Assembly: GCA_012295275.1 (NCBI GenBank)
Contig: CM022671.1
Location: 33,046,001 to 33,110,000, forward strand
From: Chrysomallon squamiferum
Lineage: Eukaryota > Animalia > Mollusca
Direction: 5' to 3'
Length of the DNA stretch: 64,000 nucleotides
Shown here: in pieces, positions 13,801-26,291 of the stretch
How positions within the stretch are numbered: the stretch's first letter is position 1
How the letters are laid out: each line of letters starts with the position of its first letter
Translations under genes and position numbers: made by a program
Notes under the pieces: model-generated
Databases searched by the model: none
What the model saw: only the letters and a program-made list of their open reading frames with translations
What the model was told of the DNA's origin: nothing

Positions 13801-15328
13801 AAATAATCATTGATCTCACTCTAATCATTCATATTTACTTAATGCATTTGCTGACCTTGAATCAGGGTAATGGAAACTGGGGAAAGAAGGAAAAAGACAG
13901 GATATAAAAGACATGTCTGTATGAAATGAAATCCTTGCTACATTATCAAATGATATTAAATTTTTAAACTAATTTGTTGTTAAAAATAACAGTGATGATT
14001 TGGATAATTTTAATATATTGAAAAATTAAATTTTAGTGTGAAAGACAGAAAATAAAATAGTATGATGAATGTTTTTAATAATATATTAAATATTTACAGA
14101 ACTGAGAAAATATTTACTTCTATTTATCTGCAAGAAAAATTAGGCAATCAGTAATTGCTAATCAGATGGTGAAATGGAATCAGACCTTTTGTTGGGCAGA
14201 GTTAAAACTAAATTTTTGTTTACTAGAATATCTATTTTTAAAATATATTGAAAAATTTAATATAAAAATGAAATGGAATCAGACATTTTTGGATAATTTT
14301 AAGTATTGAAAGACAGAAAATAATAAGACAGAAATTAATAATATTAATAATATTAAATACAAAAAAAAAAAATATAACTGATTTTGACAAGTAGGATCAT
14401 ATATTATAATCATTTCTTGTACAGAACTCTGAGAAAATATTTTCTTCCATTTATCTGCAAGAAATTGTTATTTTATTATTAGCAATAGTTGATAGTTACA
14501 AACATATGAAATAACATGGATATACTCAAAATGTGTTCAGATGGTTTGTATACCATCAGAGGTACATGTTATAATATCAGTCAGTATTTGATAAACCCAT
14601 TTATTCATTCTTTTGTTTATTACTTATGAAGTTAAAACTAAATTTTTGTTGACTAGAATATCTGTATATTTTTAAATCAGTAGCTATTGGATACTAGATA
14701 TGTGATTTTATAAACAGATTTAAAAAAAAAAAAAAAAAAAATTCAAGAACTGTTTTTCAGATTATAGGCTAAGCATATCATAATATGTTTAACAAACTTT
14801 ATGTACTTGTTGTTTTTACATTAGTTCTTTAGAAAATATCTTAATTGAGTGTTAATTTTATAATCCATCATTCCTTTAACATGTATCACTACTCTGCTGA
14901 ATGAACGTCAGCCTTCTGATTTTCCGCTAGTGATGTGTTTAAAATAACACAGATTATCAGCCTCTGTGATTCATAATGTGGATGTATATATACAGATATT
15001 AACAGTTTCATGGATGCTGACAGCTAAGACCAATTACATACATGGTCAGTATTTCCTGCTTCTGACAAATTAATTCACTGTTGATGATGTCATACAGATA
15101 TTTCCGGCTTGAGTTATTTTTGTTTAATATAGCAGCACTTGTTGAAATCAAGTGTATGGAACTAGCAGAAAGAATTAAAAAAAACCTTCCCCCTCTACTA
15201 TAAGTGTCTGGTGATACTATATTTAGTAGCATTCTCTTGTGAAGTTCTCTTATGTAATGCTATTAATAGGATATGATTTGCATAAATAAATAAAGCATCT
15301 GTAGTACTGGAATGACTTCATTTTTCTT

Positions 15329-15363
<35 letters not shown>

Positions 15364-15471
15364 CTTGTGTTGTAGATTGGAGGTGGTATTTTTATGACAT
15401 GTTTTATTCTTTTTTTAATATGTCATTAAAAAATATATATATATAAATACAATATACACATAATATATTTT

Positions 15472-15567
<96 letters not shown>

Positions 15568-18250
15568 TCTTTTAAAAATTTAAATGTTTGAAAACCAAAA
15601 ACAAATAAATTAATATAAACATTTCTGATTACACATTACTAATCACTTAACCATCAAAAAGATATTATACTTGGAACATTTCAAGGTAATGGAGGTGGGA
15701 TATTTTGGTCAGTTGCCTCCAAACTCCCTGTGCAGGCAAATCCCATTGTATGCTGGAAGTTCCTGCATGTTATGCACAAACTACTGAGAGATGGACATCC
15801 TAATGTAAGTATAAAATAGTCTGCATTTGTGTTTTCATATGTAGTTAAAAGAGGACTGTGAACCAATATATTTATGTTTGTTGGAGCCTGCATTTGATTT
15901 CTATGATAAGTAGAAAGTGAGTGATATGAATAAATAAGTCTGTGCGACTATGAGTTAATATTTTGTTGTATTATTTCTAATGAATATAAAATTATTGAAA
16001 CTGTTAATGAAATCTTACTGATGTTTATAAATAAAAAAAATTTCATTCAATTAATATTCAGTACATTTGTAGAAAGTATAATCCAACAAACACAGAGACA
16101 GATATATTGAAATAAACATTGAAAATAGCTTGGATTAATTTTATATATCACTGTCATAATTATTATTTCAGGTTGTGTTGGACTCTATGAAATACAGAAG
16201 CCATTTGACGGATTTAGGAAAACTATGGGTTTGTATTATATACTAATTCTCTAGGGTTTATCCATTTTTTTGCTGTTAAATTATTAATAAAATTATGATT
16301 TACATTGATTAAAATACAACTGCTGTCAGTGTCTATTTTTTTTTTTCATATGTGCATTAGAATGAAAAAGATCCACTAACAAAAGAACTAGGCAGGTTCA
16401 GATGTGTATGGCAGTTGTCAAAATTTTAATAATAAAATAAAACAAATAAAAACATATTAATTACAAAAAGCCATGTTGTAACTCATCAGGCACTGATCAT
16501 CCTGGGAAATTGAAAAAGATTGCTGCATTTCAATTAAATGAAATAAAAACACATTTTTTTTGATGTGATAAACGATAAATGTTTCACTAGGGTGCCTGCA
16601 ATGTGTAATGATCTGAAATAACCCCGGTCTTTGATTACCTGATTACTTCATATTTGTTCTGGTAATCATAAAACAAACAATTTTCAGTAAACACTGAACT
16701 GAAGTCAATTTTTGTAAAATTTACTTAATAATCTATTGGGAAATACACTGGACTATTTTGGACAAGACCGATTTTTTGCTCCATTGTTTCATAAACAACA
16801 CTAGATACAGTGCTTTTTAAACTGACATCTTAGTTTTCATAATTAGATACAGACATAGCTTGTACCAGTAATATTTATATGTTACATGGTATACACATGT
16901 ACATCATCAGTCTACCTAGTTACCAGTCTGTCTCTATCTACCTGTTATTCTATCCATCCACTTATTCATCCATTCATATCTGTATAGATATATCTGTGTA
17001 AGATAGAGACACATAAGAGAGAAAGAGAGAAAGAAATATTAAAATAAAGCCTGGAAAAGGTTTAATGACACAAAGGCTGTTTACAACTGTTCCGACTCTT
17101 TTTTTTTCTTTTTCTTTTTAAATTTGCAGAAAACACATGTAGGTTATTTGTTTCTGGAACTGACAATTAAGGAATTAGTTTACTAGCATCCAGCTCTAGA
17201 TGACTTCAACTACTTTCAGTAGCAGTTGCCAGATGCGATCATGATTGTGTTGCATTATTCATTCCTTGTTAATTAATTGTTAAAAAAAACCTGTTACATC
17301 ATTGATTTCATTGTGCATGCAGAAACACTCTGACACAATAAGACATTCATTATTTTATTTTATTTTATATTTAATTTATTTTATGCTTTTTTTTTTTATT
17401 TACTTATTTTATTTTTATTTATTTATTTTTTTTTTTTTTTTTTTTTTTTCTTAACATACAAATCTAAAGAGAAACATACATAGGGATACAATAATAAAAG
17501 GTTACTTGTTTTTTCATTTATATTTTTATAAAACATAAAAATATAAACACACAGAAAAGCCCATTCTTGTCTCAGAAATAATTATTATGTTTCTTTTTAT
17601 TTCTTTTTAGGTTTTTACTTGCAAAATTGTTCTTTGTTTATTCATTTAGTCATTCATTTCATTATTTCTTCATTTACTTTCTTTCTTACTTACTTACTCA
17701 TTTATTTATTTATTTTTTTTACACAGGGACATCTTAAGGAAGGGTATGGCAGACTCATTGCTTCTTACTGCAAACTATTAAAACAAAAACTGTCATTTCA
17801 CAGAAAGGTAGTAAAATTTTTCCTTTTCTCTTTTAATTAAGTGTTATAACCAACGTTGAAGTAATGTTATATTGCCTTTCAAATAATTTTTTTGTTTTTT
17901 GTTTTTTTCAAAGAAAATATTAAGGAATAAATCTAACAAATATTTTACCTTTTATTAAAAATGACAAAATTAAAACAAAGTTATATAAACATATAGTTTA
18001 TGTTATAATTTGTAAAACATTAAAATATTCTCTGTAGCAAGGAACTTCAAATGAAAGCTGTTTTGTTGTTAATTTTAGTTTGGGCGAATACCAGGCAATC
18101 TGGTGATGACAGATGAAGTTTACAACAAAATCTGTGGCTCAGATGTCAACAGCTAGTGAGTGTTGCCTTCATTTTAATACATAAAACTATAACACAAGAA
18201 TAAATGGAGGTTTTACTAATTTTTATGTTTAATGATTGTTACATAGCAAG

Positions 18251-18302
<52 letters not shown>

Positions 18303-20522
18303 TATTATTAATTATAATTTTATTAATAAAAAGAATCAAAGCATTATTTTATTATTTCAATGATAATATGAAAAAAGAATCAAAGCATTGTTTACTGCCA
18401 CTTATTAGCAGCAAGCTGTATTATATATACATAAACCACATTTTACCATGGTCTTTGATAAACCTGTGCTGGAGCATTGGCTTGAACTGGAAATAGAGTA
18501 GTGGGAGTACTGAGGAGGTTTGGTTTAACTGACCAAATCCTAATCAGGCCAGCAGTCTGCTATTGAGCCTCTACATTATAAATAAACAGACAGCAAATAT
18601 TAAATTTTAAATTTAAAACAAAAAAGCAAATGCATCATGTTTTTTATAATATGTACAATAGTCTCAGTTAGTGGTAATCAATGCATGTGTTGCATTATAA
18701 ATTATTTATATCTAATATTATGTTAAAAGTAGGCAACAAATAAAATGTTTATAAATGATATATTTATTTATTTTATTTTAGATGTGTCTATTTTTTAAGA
18801 TATATTTTTTTCAGTTTTGAGTTTTCCATTGACATGTTGGACTATCTGGATGAAATACTTAATTTTCAGCAAGCAGGTATGTTGTGATGTAACACATTTA
18901 GATTGTGTTGCTCTGTTTTATACTAATAAACTATCTATTAACTATTTCACTTATTTTGGTTGCATAGAAGAACTAATTTCACTGATTTACAAATTTTGTT
19001 TCTAGATTTTATTTACCATTTTATAAAATATAATACAGGAAAACAAACATTAAGATTTGTACATTAATATAAATATATATTTTAATTTAAGAGGTTACTG
19101 TTTCAGATTATTTGAATTTTTGAGTAGATATGTTAAAAAAAAAAAACACCACAAAATTATGAAGGCTGTTCTCCCTATATGTTAGTTATAAATATTTCAG
19201 ATATTTCTTGTTTTCATTATAAATAATATATTCTTTTTATCATCAGATCATACAATCTTAATCATTATTTTTATAATTTCCATTTCAAAGTCTCATATGA
19301 TACTGTTTTTCTCTTAAATACAAAATTACAAGAATATATGCTTATTTTTCTATTACTTATCCCTGTTATGTATATTTTTAAAATATTTTATTTCAGTGTT
19401 TGGTTCTCTGGATATGTCGCGTGCCAACTCAATGACGACATCAGGACAGTGCAGACTGGCACCTCTGATACTCTGTATTTTAGACTCATGTCAGCTTTAT
19501 GACTACTTAGTGAAGTCTCTCTTTAGATTGCATTCTAGTAAGTGTTTGTAGTCTCGTTTCATTCTAGTAAGTGTTTGTAGTCTCATTTCATTCTAGTAAG
19601 TGTTTGTAGTGTGATTTCATTCTAGTAAGTGTTTGTAGTCTCGTTTCATTCTAGTAAGTGTTTGTAGTCTCATTTCATTCTAGTAAGTGTTTGTAGTGTG
19701 ATTTCATTCTAGTAAGTGTTTGTAGTGTGATTTCATTCTATAAGTGTTTGTAGTCTCATTTCATTCTAGTAAATGTTTTTAGTGTGATTTCATTCTAGTA
19801 AGTGTTTATAGTCTCATTTCATTCTAGTAAGTGTTTGTAGTGTGATTTCATTCTAGTAAGTGTTTGTAGTCTCATTTCATTCTAGTAAGTTTTTGTAGTC
19901 TGGTTTCATTCTAGTAAGTGTTTGTAGTCTCATTTCATTCTAGTAAGTGTTTGTAGTGTGATTTCATTCTAGTAAGTGTTTGTAGTCTTATTTCATTCTA
20001 GTAAGTTTGTAGTCTGATTTCATACTAGTAAACATTTGTGGTCCAAGTTGGCTAGACATATAAAATTTTAATACATTCCTCACATACTGGTCTAATCAGA
20101 TATTTTTATGATATTTAAAATCAGAATTAACTACCTAAAAAGTGATGCAAACTCTTTACAGCCTAGACATATATTATTACTATATGAAACACAAAATTAT
20201 GGCCATTACAAAAAGAAAGAATAGACACATGCTTATGATGCATTACATGAAACAAAACAACTATGTAGATAGAATATCTTTTGAAGGAGTACAAATAACA
20301 TATTTTTAACAGTTATATGATATACAGTTATAACTTGTGAAGTACATTAGCATTTATAGTATAGCACTACAGTACATGGTTAAAATGTCTGTGTTAAAAG
20401 TATGTCATTCCTATAATCACTTAATACCTGATATAACTGAGGAGATGAATACTAAACTTATATGTCTTTAACTGATCCAGTAACATTCTAACATTAACAC
20501 TGTCTTTAAATACCATTCCAAG

Positions 20523-20554
<32 letters not shown>

Positions 20555-21542
20555 TGTTTTTAACTGTTGGTGGAATAGACTGTAGCTCAGTGGAAGAGTA
20601 CTGTTCTGAAGTGTGATTAGTTAATCCTCACTGATGACCATATCAACTTATTTCCCAATCCAGGCAGTTCCAGTCAAAGGTTTATCAAAAACTCATTTGC
20701 ATTTTCCTGCCTGTGAAAAGGTGCATATGAAACATTGCTTGCTGCTAATAAAAAAAAAAGCAGCTCATTGATTTGGCACCATTGGTCATGCTTCTTCATT
20801 ATAATTGTTTTCATTAATCTTATATATGACAAGATTCAGTGCTTTTTTTTTTTTTTATATGTGTGTTTATTGTTATGTTATAAGAAATAATGCATTTAAC
20901 AGTTCTGTAATAAATAATCTTCTTGTTCAGCTTGCACAGTAGGATGTGGTAAGGGAGATGGTTAATAATGAGGTTTTATGGATACTTTTGGAATTGGTGC
21001 TGTTTTATTTTTTGTTTACATATGTGTTTTATTTCCCTGACCATTACACCTAGCCTATTAGTTTTTTGTGTCTGTATGAGTATTTATTTATTTTTTTTTC
21101 CTTTCTTTTTAAATTGGTTTAGGGTTTTTAATGGGCAAATTTGTTTGTGTTTTTTTTTTTTTTTTTTAGTATGTGTGTATATAATGTATGTATTTAATTG
21201 TTATTAACTGTTATTTTTTTTTAAAATATTTGATTAGTAATTATAAACACAAACTACAATAGCAATGGTAATAATAAAAATAATATACATTTCGTTACAT
21301 TTTTACCTTTCCTTTGAAAATTCTCTTTTGCCAGAATTCAGCAACTTCTGCTGTGTAAAACTGGTTTTACTTAATGAGTTACAGTTGCCAAATTAGTTTT
21401 ATTATTTGCAAAATGAATAAATGATTACAAAAGATAAATAATTTGATACTAAATTCCTTTATCTTTTGTTTAGCTTCTTGTTAAAATAAAAAAAATTGTT
21501 GGTATTTTTTTTATTTTTATCATTTTGTTTTGTATTTTATTA

Positions 21543-21609
<67 letters not shown>

Positions 21610-21783
21610 GATTATTTATTTAGGTGTTTTTTTTTTTAGGGTTTTTTGTGTGACTACTCTCTTTTTTTCTTTCATTCTTTCTATTTATTTTACTTTTTGT
21701 TTTTTATTTCTTTGTTATAAACTTATGTAATTTTTTCTATTTGTTTGTTTGTTTGTTTAATTATTTATTTATTTGTTTGTTGT

Positions 21784-21818
<35 letters not shown>

Positions 21819-22217
21819 TTTTTGACAGGTCTTCCTCCAGACACACTCTCAGGTCACAGAGAAAGGTTTTTGGAGGGATATAAAAGGTGAGAGAAAATTA
21901 AGGCAATAATAACTCTTGTTACTAAATCATTTTTATATAAGGATAATGATCCTGGATCTCTCTCAACTCCAACATATTTCCATTTTTCAAGCACATTAAT
22001 ATTCTGTTAATGTTTAATTAAATATTATATGTTATGAAATATATGTATGTTCAATTTTATATACATTATAATTTATTTATTCATTATATTTAGAAATTTA
22101 TGAATTTTCTAGATGTTTAAATTATGTATTCCTTTTTATTACATGACTTTTTATTTATTTTCATTTCTTATATTTCAGTAGTTATGATTACTTATTTTAT
22201 TTATTTTTTATTATTGT

Positions 22218-22269
<52 letters not shown>

Positions 22270-23094
22270 GTATATTAAATTTCACATTTTATTTCAATTG
22301 TTTGTTGCTTTTTTTCAGATTGAAACAGTTTTACTATAACAGTCATAACCTTCAGTATTTTAAAAATCTAGTCCAAGTACCTCTATTGCCTGAGGTAAGG
22401 TTCATTTCTTAATACCTTTTAAATAGCATTGTTACATTCTTATTAAATATTTAATTTCATGAATTATTTGCAAGGTGATTCATTTTTAACAACAATATTT
22501 GAAAACAAAATTAAACTGTTTATGTAATAATCTCATTAACTATTTTTTTTCTTTTTTCTCTCTTAGTTCTGAAAATCTAATTATTGTTACTAATCTTATC
22601 TTTTTTATACAATATTACTTTAATTTTTAATTTATATATTGAGTTGATACTTTTTTTTATTATTATTTCTTTTTAATTTATTTGTTTGTTTTGTTAGTGT
22701 TTGTTGTTGCTATTAAATAATTAATATTGTTATTTTTGATAGGATCCTCCCAATTTCCTGATAGCCTCTGACTTCAGTAAACATGTGAAGCCTGTAGCTG
22801 TTGTTCCTAATGAACCTGAACCAGAACCAGAACTAGACACACCCGACGATGCCATTGGCAACCTTATTGATACATCTTCAGAGGTAACATGTATTCAGTT
22901 GTTAGATCAGAAAAAGAAAACAAAAAATTAATCAGAAATCATCATTTACCTGTCTTCATCAGAACTGTGTCTGTCATTTCTCATCAACTGCAATAAACTT
23001 TTTACTTCTTTGAATTTTTAAAATTTATTTTTATATTTCTGTAAAAGTAAATACTCTGTCTCTGTTTGCAGATTATTTTTTTTTCAGATTTGAC

Positions 23095-23144
<50 letters not shown>

Positions 23145-26100
23145 CACAAACACAACCACACACCAATTTTCTCTCATTTTCTCAATTATTCTCACTTTCT
23201 CTTTCTTTCTCTCTGTCTCTGCCTGCATCTCTGTATATCTTTCTCAAACACATACATGCCAGTCAGATATATTTTGAAATTTTGAAACTAAATAACAATT
23301 TAATGTTTTTATTATCCTGTTGCTGCTGCTAGTGAGTTCATGTTTGATAAATATTTGATTAATTGGTGCACATTTTCAGAATGACAGGTTTGAACAAACA
23401 TTCAGCCAGGACATGGGTGCTTTTAATTTTAATGGCAGACCGCCAGAACCAGATGAAAGGTAAAACATAGCTAAGTGTGTATATCCATCTCTTTGTCAGT
23501 GGGCTTGTAGGTGTATGTGTAATTATGGGTCTGATCTTTTGCATATCAGTTTAATTTTTTAAAGTGAAGGATGCATTATAAAAACTATGATAATAAAACA
23601 TTTTAATTTCAGTGTTTGCTTACCCTAATTAATATTCAAATAAAAAGATAATTTACTTTTAATTTTCAAAATTAAATACTTTCCGATTTTTTTCTTTTGT
23701 TTGTTTCTACTGCATAGACTAAATAAATATTGTTCTTCAGTTTACAAGTAAACTGTATAACCAATATATAGCCATTGTGTAACAATCCTGTGACTGTTAT
23801 GACTGATGTTTTCAGAGATCTACTAATTGACAGATTGCAGAGAGAAATACAACAGCTAAGAGAAGAACTGCAGAGAGTGAAAATGGAGGTAACTGGTATT
23901 TTAATAGTGCTTCATGAATTAATGAAAAATGTATATTTAATATTTTTAGTGTGTATTTATTTTAATTATATAGCAACAACTGCATAATGATGGTCAAACA
24001 ACAGGCAATATCTACAGAGATAATTGATACATGTTATTTTAAACTTGCTTCTAGGATCATAGAATAGTAACTTCTTTGAAAGATGAAATCAGCAAGTTGG
24101 AAAAAATTCTGTCTGAATTGAGGCTCTCTGCAGACCAACATTTAAAGGTAAAACTTTATTACTTAATTAACCACAGAATATTTGTTCAGTAGTTTGCTTG
24201 ATATTTGCAGATTTATTTATTTATTTGAAATTAGCTACTTTATGGTAGCTTATAGCACATGTAATAGAACTAGTTTTTCTTTGATTGACATAATTTAAAT
24301 CAGTTTGGCTTGGTTTTGTTCACAGAAGTCTCTCAAGCAAATTTATACAGTTTGTGTTGTGAAAAAGGTATCCATTTAAAAATGAAGAAAACATTTTAAC
24401 TTGGAAATTATTATAATTGGAAAACTTTCATATACAGAAAATATCTCCTCTGTGTAATAATATATACGAAAAGTGTAAGTAAAAGTTACTTCATATATAA
24501 CAGAACGCAAATATTTGGAATGGAATTAAATATAATTTATGAATTAAATATATTTGCATTAGTCACTGTATGTGAAATGTTTTGAATGTTTCAGGAGAAT
24601 GAAAGCCTGAAAAGAGAGTTGGAAGAATCTCAAGCCAGTCTGGATGCTCTTGCAAAACTCCCAGATGCAGAAAGTATGTTGTTTCATACAGGGTATTCTC
24701 TTTAAAATATAACCAACATTCTAGTGACAGTTTTACATAATAAACACAAGTGTCATGCCAAAATGACAAAATGGTTACCAGGCAAAACTGTTCTGTAATA
24801 GTTGTGAGTGATAATCAAATAATAAATCTGATACTCTTCAAAAATTTCACTACAAATACTATCAATAAAAGTTTTTATAAAATATTTTGAAATTAACAAA
24901 TTAATAACTCATATCTATCTGTGTGATGCAAACACCCTCACATATAAGTTTATTCCAAAGGAATGGATTGATGGATAGTAAAAATTAATGATAATTGTTT
25001 TGGTTAAATCATGATAAATGTTGATTTTATTTTTTTTTTTTTTATATTTCATTTTTGCCCCACAGAATGTGTAGAACATGAAAAGATTTTTTGTTTGAAA
25101 AATTTACCAGTAATAATTTGAAGCTTGTAAAACTTTGAAATAGAGAATGTTTTACAAAATGTTTTTCGGTTTTACTTTATTTTTTTAGAGCAAGCAAAGG
25201 CAAACCAGGAAAAGTTTCAGAAGATGAAGGATATTTATGGAAAGTTACGAGAAGAGCATGTACAGTTATTGAGAACAGTAAGATAATATTGATTTTGTAA
25301 CTGTGTAATTTTCTATGTTGGTTAGTGTGTCTTTGCAGATAAGAGAGTCAGACTGATAATTAGAGAAAAGGTGGTCAGTAGAAAGGGAGAGACAAATGCT
25401 ATGACTGAAATACATCAGTAATACACAAGCAGATTATTAGTGAAAGTATATGGGGTTGAGTTAGAAAACATGTAAATGTATGTTTGTCTTTCTGTGAAAA
25501 ACAGAAAATTAATCTACTTATAAATAATATAATATAAAAAAAAAAGAGAGAGTTATCTATAGAAAAATATGTTTTGAATTATATGCACCCAAAATATCTG
25601 AGATTTGTTGTTAATTTTTTCAGCATGCAGAAATCATTAAGCAGTTAACTTGTGATAAAAAGATTTTAGAGGAAAAAGAGCAGATTATTAAGGTATGTAA
25701 TTTGATGTTAAAAATCAAAACAAAATAATTAAAATTCAGAAATATTGAATTACTCCAAATATTCTTTAATAACTTTTTATCTTTTCTATTATATTTAGTT
25801 TTTAATAAGGATTTCAGAACAGTGCATTACTTTTATTAATTGATTTTATTATTGTTTTTTATAGAGTCAGTGAACTTTTAAAACCACAAATTTACACATT
25901 AGGAATGTAATTTTAATAAACATTAATTTCTGTATAGAATATTTTAAATAAGTGTTATTTTTTAAATGTTTTCTATAAATATTTGTACTTACTGTAATCT
26001 GTTTCTAATCTGCATAATTACTGGAGTTTTTTAAATAACAGTTTATGATTATATATTGATATAATCATTTCATTTACATACTTAATTGTATATTATTTAA

Positions 26101-26241
26101 ATTAGTCTGTTTCTGAAAGCACTGATATCTGTTGTTATTATTTACTAATTATTGTGTGTTTATGAGAAATTATTTTTGAGTTTAGTTTTGTCAGGTTTGT
26201 TTTCTCTGTATCATTTGGTTAAACAGAGACACTTTTTTAAA

Positions 26242-26291
<50 letters not shown>

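Noticed and set aside
14895-15090. C/D box snoRNA in the HIP1 intron
   Set aside because: CTGA and TGATG-like words are present, but I found no well-spaced box C/box D pair with a terminal stem or a recognisable guide.
19531-20035. CRISPR-like array
   Set aside because: Units are contiguous with no unique spacers, there are no cas genes, and the context is a eukaryotic intron; it is a minisatellite.
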